64,000 nt of DNA from Vulcanimicrobiota bacterium (GTDB taxonomy: Bacteria > Vulcanimicrobiota > Vulcanimicrobiia > Vulcanimicrobiales > Vulcanimicrobiaceae). The stretch's first letter is position 1, and the number at the start of each line of letters is the position of its first letter. Under the pieces are notes generated by a model. The model was given only the letters and a program-made list of their open reading frames with translations. It did not search any database and had not been told where the DNA came from. Below, piece by piece: positions 20,101-27,672 of this stretch. A program made the translations under genes and the position numbers. Location: assembly GCA_028287525.1 (NCBI GenBank), contig JAQBPM010000300.1, positions 10,232-74,231 of the forward strand, given 5' to 3'.

Positions 20101-21082
20101 CGAGCCAGGTCACGAGGTCAACGAGCGCCATCAAGACGAAGCCGATCAGCTTGGGCCCGATCGACATCGCAGCCCACGCCAAGGATACGCCGTCTTTGAG
20201 AAAGACGAAGCCCTTGGTGACGATCGGCAGCATCAAGCCGAGCGCCGTGAGCGATACGACCGTAAAGGCAGCGCCGGCTGCAGCCGCCAGGAGCCACGGC
20301 GGCAAGCCCGCGATCGCCGAGATGACCTTCGCGATCGCGTTCGCGGCGCCGACGAACTCCGGCATCAGCGCCTTGCCGAAAGCGACGGCGAGAGAATTGG
20401 TGGCGTTGGTGACGCGCCCGAACGCGCCTTCGAGCCCCTTTGCGCGCTCTTCCGCGGCGCCGGCGACGAGCTTGTTCCAGTTCGTCATGACCTCGGAGAA
20501 GCTCATGAGCTCGCCGTTGGCCTTCTTCACCTGCAGGCCGTAGCGCGAGAGGATCTCGACGTGTCCCTCGGCTGCCATCATGGCGAGGTGCGTCGCTTCG
20601 GCGAGGTCCTTCTCGCCACGCGCGGCCGCGAGGCCGATCACGTTGACGAGCATCTGCTTCTGCTGGCCCTCGGTGGCGCCGGTCGCCGAGAGGGCTTGCA
20701 TCGACTTGCGCATCTCGGTGATCGCGTAGCCGCCGCCTTGCGCCGATGCGGCGAGGCGCTTGAGCCAGTCTTCGACTTCGCCCGGGTCGAAGTCGTGGCC
20801 GAGGTTCTTCGTGATGCGCGCGGCCGTCTCTAGCGCTAGCGATGCTTGATCCGCGGCCTCGGCGATCTTCTTCAGCCCGTCGATCATCTCGACGCCGAGG
20901 AACGCCTCGAACATCGCCTTCCAGACGTGGCTGAGGTTCTCGCCCTTCTGCTCGATCGTCTCGATCGTGGCGACCGCTTCCCGGCCGAACGTCTTGAGCT
21001 CGTTACCGGCGGTCTGAATCGGCGTAACGAAATCGCCGACGAGGGCGCGGAGGGTGATCGCGATGTCGCGTGATCCGAGCAT
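17117..21082 (-). CDS. Tape measure protein
   Basis: 1321 aa, helical Ala-rich, TM region, Gly-zipper C-terminal segment, after the TAC genes. Confidence 0.9.
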   Translation of the reverse strand: MLGSRDIAITLRALVGDFVTPIQTAGNELKTFGREAVATIETIEQKGENLSHVWKAMFEAFLGVEMIDGLKKIAEAADQASLALETAARITKNLGHDFDPGEVEDWLKRLAASAQGGGYAITEMRKSMQALSATGATEGQQKQMLVNVIGLAAARGEKDLAEATHLAMMAAEGHVEILSRYGLQVKKANGELMSFSEVMTNWNKLVAGAAEERAKGLEGAFGRVTNATNSLAVAFGKALMPEFVGAANAIAKVISAIAGLPPWLLAAAAGAAFTVVSLTALGLMLPIVTKGFVFLKDGVSLAWAAMSIGPKLIGFVLMALVDLVTWLGLAREAFTTLTIAEWLSQAPLIGIIAAIVAVVAALALIYFNLDKLGHAWANFCNFAASSWQEFVNNVLGSSENLKRLLIDIAAIMFGGAPGAIWGSHDLGDMMSTSMPKMRTAIYNGIKGGMDAGVEYAKNVWKNVVGFFGSALGSLKMPNIDWSGLGGPGKIKASDLAAWFAPIDAMLAAAKHRVEEAQNALQETAAKLAVLRDKRDPYKPLTQSNVAEEQTLERQELERTLKLREAIKAQRDAELKAAQLEHALMGQVTGKAEQQSKAHAEIAKRMNEHVSAASKLNGEFIKLGGTLAKLGRDIQHAFDPLIQQQLALEQISRGAARDKAVFGVQQAAQTDRNAFARDTALGQPLPEFKAQHDLDQANFARTIAKLNLHLAELDFNAARAAAALEKPEQAARTMAAAQNTLNAAILAHQQTMSDVRIAHLKLTDAIEQARFSVGQFAADLIQKLNVPGLTVARQMDAAGNATNGISFAFNPTSFLIAAAEKSKSFADVMNVVNQLMKVFAQLIDAFRPVIDAVLQAVGFVANIFIDLYNVIARILRAFGIHVALLDRINVDFNKLDSTIAPFISIVHDIPTMNELASGRIGTLSPTPTSYSNLSQVQQPTIDALKSPDMGGGLLGVLLKILEGILALKLVSALFGSGGLFSMAKNLFGGGAGGAAGSGGLATAILGTPGGNGVLAGRNGLLGGTLNTQFGASTIGKSVAPVAAGIIAGDVFGHMMGGGSHVTWGEIGGGLGGAVGSFFGGPVGGWIGAGLGSLVGSMFGKAAPNAHDNPDLAGDVSSYGQGLANLGGSGGYDSAPQYMANGQGFSENAALAQQLGGHGEVNFLSQYIAKTGGKGLDANLTSEFAGATGFSYLKDGMVQLSNGVTKYWSDLVADASTAIKEATASITPSFQALSDSAQSISQNISSAGNELVGSITNAGAGAANALAVVTRSVTGGDVAITQNITHNGDINSAGDAMDLAMFHGDALDRAVRARQYSLDRIAI

Positions 21083-21094
21083 CGCGACCTCCCT

Positions 21095-21469
21095 CTAGCG
21101 TCCGAGTAATTCGCGCACGTGCGCGGGCATCTGATCGATCGACTTCGCGCCGAACGTCATCCCTTGATGGCGCTCGACGAACGCCGCGTCGCCGGCGAGA
21201 TCTGTCCCGACCGAGTTTGCGGGCTCGGCGGACGCCGCGGTGGATCCGGCCGATTCGGTGTCACCGCCGCCCATCGGGTTCGTCGTGACGATGTACCGCC
21301 CAGCGGCGTCGAACATCACGAGCACCTGGCCGAGAGTGATGCCGTGCATCACCTGCTCGGGCATTAGCTCGTAATGCGCCATCACGAAGTCGACGGCGTC
21401 GGCTATGGTGAACTGGGTGCCGTCTCCACGCTCGTAGCTGCCGCGGCTCTCGCCGCCAGCGTTTTTCCC
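21095..21469 (-). CDS. Tail assembly chaperone, -1 frameshift extension (gpGT-like)
   Basis: -1 frame open from the slippery site: GKNAGG…TIADAVDFVMAHYELMPEQVMHGITLGQV. Confidence 0.7.
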   Translation of the reverse strand, partial: GKNAGGESRGSYERGDGTQFTIADAVDFVMAHYELMPEQVMHGITLGQVLVMFDAAGRYIVTTNPMGGGDTESAGSTAASAEPANSVGTDLAGDAAFVERHQGMTFGAKSIDQMPAHVRELLGR

Positions 21470-21897
21470 AGCGCATCCAGCCCGTTCGCCGAGAGGATGA
21501 CCGGCAGCAGCGCCCGGATCATCGCGACCGTGGGGAGGCGATCGAACCATTCCGCGAAGACGGCCTCGCCCTCATCGCCGTCGACCTCGACCGATGCGCG
21601 TAGGAGTCGGCGCACAATCGCCTGCACGCGCTCACCCTGCCCCGCGATGACTTGCGCGAGTTCGCCCTCCGAGATGCCGCCGTTCTTCCCGGTCTGATCG
21701 AAGAGGCCACCGACCCGATCGACGATCGCGAGAATATCAGCCGTGTCGGCCGTCGCGAGTGGAACGAGGTCGATCGCGAAGCCGCCAAGATCGACGACGA
21801 AGCCCGATGGCTTGCCGACGACCTGTTTGAGGATCTCCATCCGCTTCGCAGCAGAGAAAAGGGGGCGCCGCGCGCCCCCCGCCTGATTCTTAGACAT
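21403..21897 (-). CDS. Tail assembly chaperone (gpG-like)
   Basis: Between tail tube and TMP; contains in-frame G GGA AAA. Confidence 0.75.
   Translation of the reverse strand: MSKNQAGGARRPLFSAAKRMEILKQVVGKPSGFVVDLGGFAIDLVPLATADTADILAIVDRVGGLFDQTGKNGGISEGELAQVIAGQGERVQAIVRRLLRASVEVDGDEGEAVFAEWFDRLPTVAMIRALLPVILSANGLDALGKTLAARAAAATSVETAPSSP
21443..21469 (-). other. Programmed -1 frameshift signal
   Basis: G GGA AAA (21469-21463), 6-nt spacer, hairpin GCGGC-GAGA-GCCGC. Confidence 0.8.
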
Positions 21898-21910
21898 GAT
21901 CCCTTTCAGC

Positions 21911-22696
21911 CTAGACGTTCACGGTGTCGCATTGGAACACGAGGCCGGCCGGGTTGGCGTAGGCCTTGTACGACCGCTCGTAGACGGTGAACGCGCCCTC
22001 CTGGTACTGGTTCTTGATGCCGGCGGTGCGCACGGCGAAGAACGTGTAGACCAGCTGCGCGGTCGAGTTGTCGAGCGGGGCGTTGTCGCGCTTGATGGCG
22101 ACGAGCTGATACGCTTTCGCGCTGTTCTGGAACGGGTTGGCAACCGAGACGCGCGTGCCGGCCGCGTTGGTGTACTGGTACGTGCACTGCGTATTGATGC
22201 CGGTGTCGGCGGCAGCGAACTTCACCACGCCGACCGGGCTGACCGAGCAGCTGACGCCGACCGCCTCGGAGCCGCTGGCGACGATGTTATACACCGTCGG
22301 CACGTTGACGCCCGAGACGAGCGGATAGGCGACCACGACGAGCGTGTTCGGGACGAGCGTCGCGCCGTTGGTCAGCGTGAACGTGAACGGCGTGGTCGGC
22401 ACGGTGTGCGGCTCGTCGATCGCGAACGGCGACGTGCCGGTCGAGATCGTGCCGTTCGTCGCGTTTGCGAGCGCCTGCGGCGTGAGATTGTAGTGCTTCG
22501 CGGTGATGTCGATGCTTCTGTGGCCGTCGGCGACGGAGAGCGGATACCCGCCTTCGCCGAATGCTTCCTTGAGGTCGGCTTTGAAGTCGACGTTGATGTC
22601 GGTCGCGTTGGCGATCGGGAACGGATACCCGCCGGGCAGCGTCTCGTAGAAACGCCCGGTGCCGAAGTTGATGCGGTCGACGGTTTGAACGGCCAT
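21911..22696 (-). CDS. Major tail tube protein
   Basis: INFGTGRFY…DINVDFKADLKEAFGEGGYPLSVADG; strong RBS; position before TAC. Confidence 0.8.
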   Translation of the reverse strand: MAVQTVDRINFGTGRFYETLPGGYPFPIANATDINVDFKADLKEAFGEGGYPLSVADGHRSIDITAKHYNLTPQALANATNGTISTGTSPFAIDEPHTVPTTPFTFTLTNGATLVPNTLVVVAYPLVSGVNVPTVYNIVASGSEAVGVSCSVSPVGVVKFAAADTGINTQCTYQYTNAAGTRVSVANPFQNSAKAYQLVAIKRDNAPLDNSTAQLVYTFFAVRTAGIKNQYQEGAFTVYERSYKAYANPAGLVFQCDTVNV

Positions 22697-22724
22697 GGAT
22701 TCCCCCTCCGCCTATCCCGGCGGG

Positions 22725-22753
22725 AAACGAAAACGCCGGCGAATGGGCCGGCG
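22725..22753 (-). terminator. Terminator-like hairpin upstream of the tail tube gene
   Basis: CGCCGGC-CCATTC-GCCGGCG followed by TTTTCGTTT on the minus strand. Confidence 0.5.
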
Positions 22754-22839
22754 GCAAGGGCTCCCGCATCAGCGCCTCACGCGCGGGAGATTCGTGCGCT
22801 CGCTGAGCGAGCATCACCGCGCGGCCGCGGCGGGCGAAG

Positions 22840-23310
22840 TCAGATGGCGATCGCGGTGAACTCGGTCGAGGCGTACCAGCGCTGGGACTGCTCCTCGAAT
22901 GCCGCCGGCAGGCCACCCGCGTTGCGCACCTCGCGTATCGTGGCGGGCAGCGTGGCTCCGGTCGCGGCGCGCGAGAGCAGGCTGATGCCTTCGGGACCCG
23001 ACCGCAGGCGCGCGATCGCGACCTCGATGATCTCGGTCACGGCGTCGTCGCCGCCGACAGCAGCCGTGCTGGCGGTGACCTTGATCCGGACGTGCCGATC
23101 AGGCAGCGCTTGCGTGACCGCGCCGCCATCGGTGACGTCGATCGTGACGAACGGATCCGGAGGCGTGCCGCTGCCGACGAACTGCTTGCCGGCGCGAAAG
23201 CTCGAGACGGGGATCGTGATCGGCGCGCCCGCGTTGATCACGTACTGGAACGCTGTCGACGTGAGCGCGGAGAAGACGGCTTGGCGGACGGCGGGGATCG
23301 TGCGCGACAT
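22840..23310 (-). CDS. Tail terminator/completion protein
   Basis: Size and position; PDPFVTI motif. Confidence 0.55.
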   Translation of the reverse strand: MSRTIPAVRQAVFSALTSTAFQYVINAGAPITIPVSSFRAGKQFVGSGTPPDPFVTIDVTDGGAVTQALPDRHVRIKVTASTAAVGGDDAVTEIIEVAIARLRSGPEGISLLSRAATGATLPATIREVRNAGGLPAAFEEQSQRWYASTEFTAIAI

Positions 23311-23793
23311 CTACGCCCTCCGCATCTTCTCGATCGTTTGCTGGATCCGCGCTTCTACGACGTCGGCGAAGTCCTGGCCGTACACCTTGACGATGTACTC
23401 CATCCACGGACGCTCGCGCATGTGCGTCGTTCCCTCTTGAATGAATCTGTCGAGCTCGGCCATCGCTTCGCCGATCTGGATCCGGCCCTCGATGATGTCG
23501 CCGAACGAGCCCTGCGGCGAGACCTTCTCGAGCGCAGCCGCGTACGCGCCGCTCTGCTGGTGCACGAGCTGGTCCGGCGTGTGGACCGAGAAGCCGTGAC
23601 TCGCGCTGTACGGGTGCCCCATCAGGGCCAGTTCCTTCAGCGTGTGATCGGTCGGCGAGAGCATCGTCGCGCACGCCTTGAAGGCCGCGTTGAGCGCGAT
23701 CAGGATGCCCTGGAACGCCGCCTCACGGATCTCGATCGGCGCGTTGTCGAGGCCTTGGATCACGACGTCGAGGTTCTCGATCGTCCCCTTCAC
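23311..23793 (-). CDS. HK97 gp10-like neck/tail completion protein
   Basis: GTG at 23793; FIQEGTTHMRERPWM motif. Confidence 0.7.
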   Translation of the reverse strand: MKGTIENLDVVIQGLDNAPIEIREAAFQGILIALNAAFKACATMLSPTDHTLKELALMGHPYSASHGFSVHTPDQLVHQQSGAYAAALEKVSPQGSFGDIIEGRIQIGEAMAELDRFIQEGTTHMRERPWMEYIVKVYGQDFADVVEARIQQTIEKMRRA

Positions 23794-23948
23794 TGCGGCG
23801 CCGATCCGCTCGCGACGAGCCCAGCCGAGACTGCGGACCAATCGACGTGCGTGGAAAGCCATCCGCCCGTGTAGATGCCGCACGCGAACGCGAAGAACAG
23901 GAACGCGAAGAGCGCACCGAAGTCCGTCGGCTTCGACTGGTCCGCCAC
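23790..23948 (-). CDS. Small membrane protein
   Basis: 52 aa, FGALFAFLFFAFACGIYTGGWL; overlaps both neighbours. Confidence 0.5.
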   Translation of the reverse strand: MADQSKPTDFGALFAFLFFAFACGIYTGGWLSTHVDWSAVSAGLVASGSAPQ

Positions 23949-24376
23949 TACCAAGCCCTCCCGCTCGCGAGTTCGACCTGCAGCGTGCACGTGACGAAGT
24001 AGAGCGTCGACGCCAGGACGAGGTACTTGATCGCGCGCTCGTCGGTCGCCCGGTCGCCCTCGATGATGTCGGGGAAGGCTGCCTGCCCGTTCGGCGCGAC
24101 GACGTACGTGACGCCGTTGACTGTGATCGATCCGCCCGGGGCCGTTCCAACGAACTGTCCGGGCCTCAGGCCGTCGACAATAAGCAGGGCGGTCCGAATG
24201 TATGTCGATCCCTCGACGAGCCACTGGACGTCGCCCTTCTCGGTGCGCTCGAGGCGCGCGGGGATCGCGGCGTTGATCGTTGCCGGTGCGGCTGGCACGG
24301 CGGATCCCGTCGGCGACGTTGACGACTCCATCCGGCGCTCAATCTTGACCGTGTTTGGACGAAGCGTCGTGCTCAT
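23948..24376 (-). CDS. Head closure protein
   Basis: Beta-rich 142 aa after the adaptor; TVKIER…IPARLE…IIEGDR. Confidence 0.55.
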   Translation of the reverse strand: MSTTLRPNTVKIERRMESSTSPTGSAVPAAPATINAAIPARLERTEKGDVQWLVEGSTYIRTALLIVDGLRPGQFVGTAPGGSITVNGVTYVVAPNGQAAFPDIIEGDRATDERAIKYLVLASTLYFVTCTLQVELASGRAW

Positions 24377-25314
24377 CGCTGAATGCCGGGGCAGTAGTTG
24401 CGGAGCAGGTCGGCGGCCGGCTTCGGCATCGCGAATTCCTCGTTGCGCCGATCATACTGCGCCATGCCCTCGCGAACGCGCGAGAGTCCGCCGAAGCCGC
24501 GTTTGAGGATGCCGCGGTAGACGAGCAGCTCGGTAGCGATGATCGCCGTCGCCTTGCGCACGGAGCGCGGCGTCTGCATCCAGCCGAAGCCGGCGGTGTA
24601 GACGATCTTCCAGACGTTCGCCGAGATCGCGACGACCTGCGATTGGGCGAGCAGCACCGCCATGCCGACGGCGGCAGGCTGCAGCTCGAAGTACCCGGCC
24701 GTCTTGTTGACGTAGACGTTGGCACTTGCGCCAGCGACGTTGAACGTCGTCGTGAAGCCGGCCGAGGTGACGAACGTCAGCGCGTCGAGCGATGCAATCG
24801 GGATCGACGACATCGGGCCACGCAGCGGCCAGATCCGCGGGCCCTTGAAGATCGTGCGATTCGGCGGCTTGAATTCGTGGTCTTCCGTGACCTGGAGCAG
24901 CCGTAGGCCGACGCCGCCGACATGCTCGTCGACGAAAGCGCTGGCGTCGCGCAGCAGCTCGGCGAGAAAGGTTTGCCCGAGGTCTGCGACGTCGGCGTCG
25001 GTTCCCTCGATCGGGCTGAGATACTGCGAGACCTGCTGGTACTGCGAGGTCACGATGAGCGGACAACTCGCCTGCGAGCTGTCGTTCGCCGTGACGATGA
25101 GCGTGTTGGACGTCGCGCCGTCGGGGACGGTGAACGCCACGCTGCTGCCATCGACGGCGAACGTCGCGGCGATCGCGAGCGGACCCGGTGTGACGAGACC
25201 CTGGTTCTGCAGCGCGACGCCGGCGTTCGGTCCGCCCGTCAGCCCCGTGCCGGTGAGCGTGATCAGATTGCCGGGCGCGCAGTCGACGAGGCTCGCCGAA
25301 AGCGCGGCGGCCAC
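24373..25314 (-). CDS. Head-tail adaptor with N-terminal Ig-like (IPT/TIG) domain
   Basis: PGNLITLTGTGL…FTVPDGATS N-terminus; LLRDASAFVDEHVG…IVYTAGF…PRSVRKA…DLLRNY adaptor motifs. Confidence 0.7.
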   Translation of the reverse strand: MAAALSASLVDCAPGNLITLTGTGLTGGPNAGVALQNQGLVTPGPLAIAATFAVDGSSVAFTVPDGATSNTLIVTANDSSQASCPLIVTSQYQQVSQYLSPIEGTDADVADLGQTFLAELLRDASAFVDEHVGGVGLRLLQVTEDHEFKPPNRTIFKGPRIWPLRGPMSSIPIASLDALTFVTSAGFTTTFNVAGASANVYVNKTAGYFELQPAAVGMAVLLAQSQVVAISANVWKIVYTAGFGWMQTPRSVRKATAIIATELLVYRGILKRGFGGLSRVREGMAQYDRRNEEFAMPKPAADLLRNYCPGIQR

Positions 25315-25315
25315 G

Positions 25316-25618
25316 CTACTTCTTGACCGGCGGAGTGAGCTTCGTCGCCTCGGCGTTCGCGCGTTCGGCGGCGGCGCTGTTCGCTGCGATCAAGTCTTCC
25401 GCGAACAGGTCGATCGGCTGCTCGGGCGGGACGACCTTCGGCGGCGTCGAGGCGGCCGGCTTGAGCGTCCACTGGTTCTTTTCGAGATGCGCCTTCTGCT
25501 CGTCCGTCAGCTCGAAGGCGCCGTCGGCCGGATGCGCTTCGAGCGCCCCGACGGGGGTGTGGAGGGTTTGGCCGGGATTGATGCCGGCGATGCTGTATCG
25601 TCCCACGGTTCCTCGCAA
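25316..25618 (-). CDS. Hypothetical virion-module protein (start uncertain)
   Basis: ORF in the head-tail operon. Confidence 0.55.
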   Translation of the reverse strand: MRGTVGRYSIAGINPGQTLHTPVGALEAHPADGAFELTDEQKAHLEKNQWTLKPAASTPPKVVPPEQPIDLFAEDLIAANSAAAERANAEATKLTPPVKK

Positions 25619-25759
25619 CGCGCGATGTCGCGCTTGACGTGTGCGGTGCGCGCCACGGGCAAATCGCCGCGGTCACGTTCGAAGGTGATCTTCATGGTCG
25701 AAGCGTGCCCGCGCGAGGCCGCCGAAGCAACCTCGCGCGGGACTGCGCGCTCGTCAGCC

Positions 25760-26320
25760 CTACGGCTGCGAGAGCGTGATCGTGACCGACCCGTTGACGA
25801 ACCCGGTCGTGTCGACGGCCGGCGGTTGAACGCCGGTCGCGGTGATGCCGGTGTTCGGCTCCTGGTAGTTCGTGCCGATGTTGATCGGCGCGCCCTGCTT
25901 CGTGAGCGGGTTGAGCGCGGTCACCGGGCCGTTGCACGCGTACACCTGGTACTGCGTGGCCGCGACGTTGAGCAGCGGGTTGGCCGCCGGAGCCGCGGGT
26001 GAGGTCACGGTGAGCACGCTGTTCAGCGGGATGAGCGCCGAGACGGTCACCGGTGAGGGTAGCGACTCGCCGCCGTTCGCGTCCAGGAACGTGGTGGCGA
26101 CGCTCGGCGTGTGCGCGGCCAGCGCGCCCGAGACGGCGGCGCCGGTCGTGGGCGCGGCCGGAGGCGCGATCGCCCCGAGTTGCGCCTGGTTGAGCAGTGC
26201 GCTGAAGAACCCACCGGCGGTGGGCGAGGAGCGGAGGTCGACGTCGATCGTGGTCATCTGCGCCCCGGACGGATTGTCCACCGCCGCCAGCGCCGCCGCA
26301 ATCGCGATCTTTTGAGCCAT
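25760..26320 (-). CDS. Putative capsid decoration protein
   Basis: ATG at 26320 directly after the MCP; A/T/P-rich beta protein with GGESLPSP…YQVY. Confidence 0.6.
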   Translation of the reverse strand: MAQKIAIAAALAAVDNPSGAQMTTIDVDLRSSPTAGGFFSALLNQAQLGAIAPPAAPTTGAAVSGALAAHTPSVATTFLDANGGESLPSPVTVSALIPLNSVLTVTSPAAPAANPLLNVAATQYQVYACNGPVTALNPLTKQGAPINIGTNYQEPNTGITATGVQPPAVDTTGFVNGSVTITLSQP

Positions 26321-26400
26321 GTTCGTGTGCTTTCTTCGAGAGCGCGTGGGAGCCGAGGCACGCTCTCGATCGTGCACTCGGCTCGCGGTGACGTAGGGGA

Positions 26401-27600
26401 CTATCCGATGCGCAGACGGACCTTGCCGACGAACATCGGGACCATGAATTCGAGCGACGCGAACCAGAAGGGAATCTTCAGGTTGCGCAGCGTGCGATCG
26501 CCGCCCATCGGGAGTTCGAGCATCGCAGGACCCTCGGACCCGAGCCACACGATGTGGACGTAGCGGGTGTCGAAGACGTTGATGTCGATGTACACGCCCG
26601 CCCCGGCGAGCGCGTACTGCCCGATGCAGAAGTCGGGGACGATACGGTAGTACGGCACGCGCTCGCCGTCGCCGAGCGTGACGCTGGGCACGTAGGCGCC
26701 GGGCGAGATCTGCAGCATGCCGTCGGCGTTGTAGAGGCCGCGCGACTTCGCTTGCACTTCCTTGCGGAGATACGAGCGCGCCGCGGCGGTGCCGCATGCG
26801 AGCAGCGAGTTCGCATCGCCGCCGGCGCCGGTGATGGCGTCGCAGACGGCCGCGAACGCGTCGGTCACCGAGCCGGTGTTCGGGTCCCAGCTCGCCGAGG
26901 CGCGCACGTCGACCGTCTGGATGTTCGCCGAGGGCGACATGAACTCGGTCGTGAAGCGGAAGCCGCGGAAGCCGTTCTTGTCGTAGACGCCGGTCGGGCT
27001 GTTCGAGCCTGCGGCGACGCCGTTGACGGTCGCGCCGACGTTCTGCATCCGGAACGATTCCGTCTGGAAGTCCTGCGCGATGCGCAAGAGACCGCCGTCG
27101 ACTTCATCGCCCATGATGTCGCCCGACCCGGACGCGCGCGCGCCGAAGATCGTGCGGAGCGGAGCGCCGCGCAGCGAACCGAACTGCGCGACGTTGCAGG
27201 TGTCGAGCACGTAGGTGTTCGAGTCGCCCTGCACCTGGTCGGACTCGCCCATCGTGACGGGCTGGTCGACGGTGCGCTGCGTGTACGCGGTCCAGCGCCG
27301 ATACTGATCGGCCAAGCCGTTCGCTTCGCGCTTCGGCACCAGCTCCGCGAGGCGGAATTGGCGCACGAAGACCTCGGCGAGTTCACCCAGGATGCCCTGG
27401 TCGATCGCCGGGCCGGCGGACGCCGAGGTTGCACCGGCGACGTCGCGCACGATCATGCCCATCTCGGCCTTCATGCGCGGGGAGTCGTAGCCGAAGACTT
27501 CGGCCTTCTTGTTGGCGTCGAGCGGACGCCAGAGGGGGTAGTTGGCGCGGTCGTGTTTGTCGAGTACGCGCTCGCGGGTCTCTTCGTGGACTTCGGGCAT
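26401..27600 (-). CDS. Major capsid protein (HK97 fold)
   Basis: 399 aa after the protease/scaffold; strong codon bias; MGESD, GFRGFR segments. Confidence 0.8.
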   Translation of the reverse strand: MPEVHEETRERVLDKHDRANYPLWRPLDANKKAEVFGYDSPRMKAEMGMIVRDVAGATSASAGPAIDQGILGELAEVFVRQFRLAELVPKREANGLADQYRRWTAYTQRTVDQPVTMGESDQVQGDSNTYVLDTCNVAQFGSLRGAPLRTIFGARASGSGDIMGDEVDGGLLRIAQDFQTESFRMQNVGATVNGVAAGSNSPTGVYDKNGFRGFRFTTEFMSPSANIQTVDVRASASWDPNTGSVTDAFAAVCDAITGAGGDANSLLACGTAAARSYLRKEVQAKSRGLYNADGMLQISPGAYVPSVTLGDGERVPYYRIVPDFCIGQYALAGAGVYIDINVFDTRYVHIVWLGSEGPAMLELPMGGDRTLRNLKIPFWFASLEFMVPMFVGKVRLRIG

Positions 27601-27672
27601 CGCTGCTACCTCGCGAAAGGCGAAGAGCCCGCGCAGTGCACAGGCTCCTCTGGGGTGATTAGGTGCGGCGCC

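Noticed and set aside
25316-25695. Possible third -1 frameshift joining ORFs 25507-25695 and 25316-25618
   Set aside because: No X XXY YYZ heptamer in the shared open window; separate starts are plausible.
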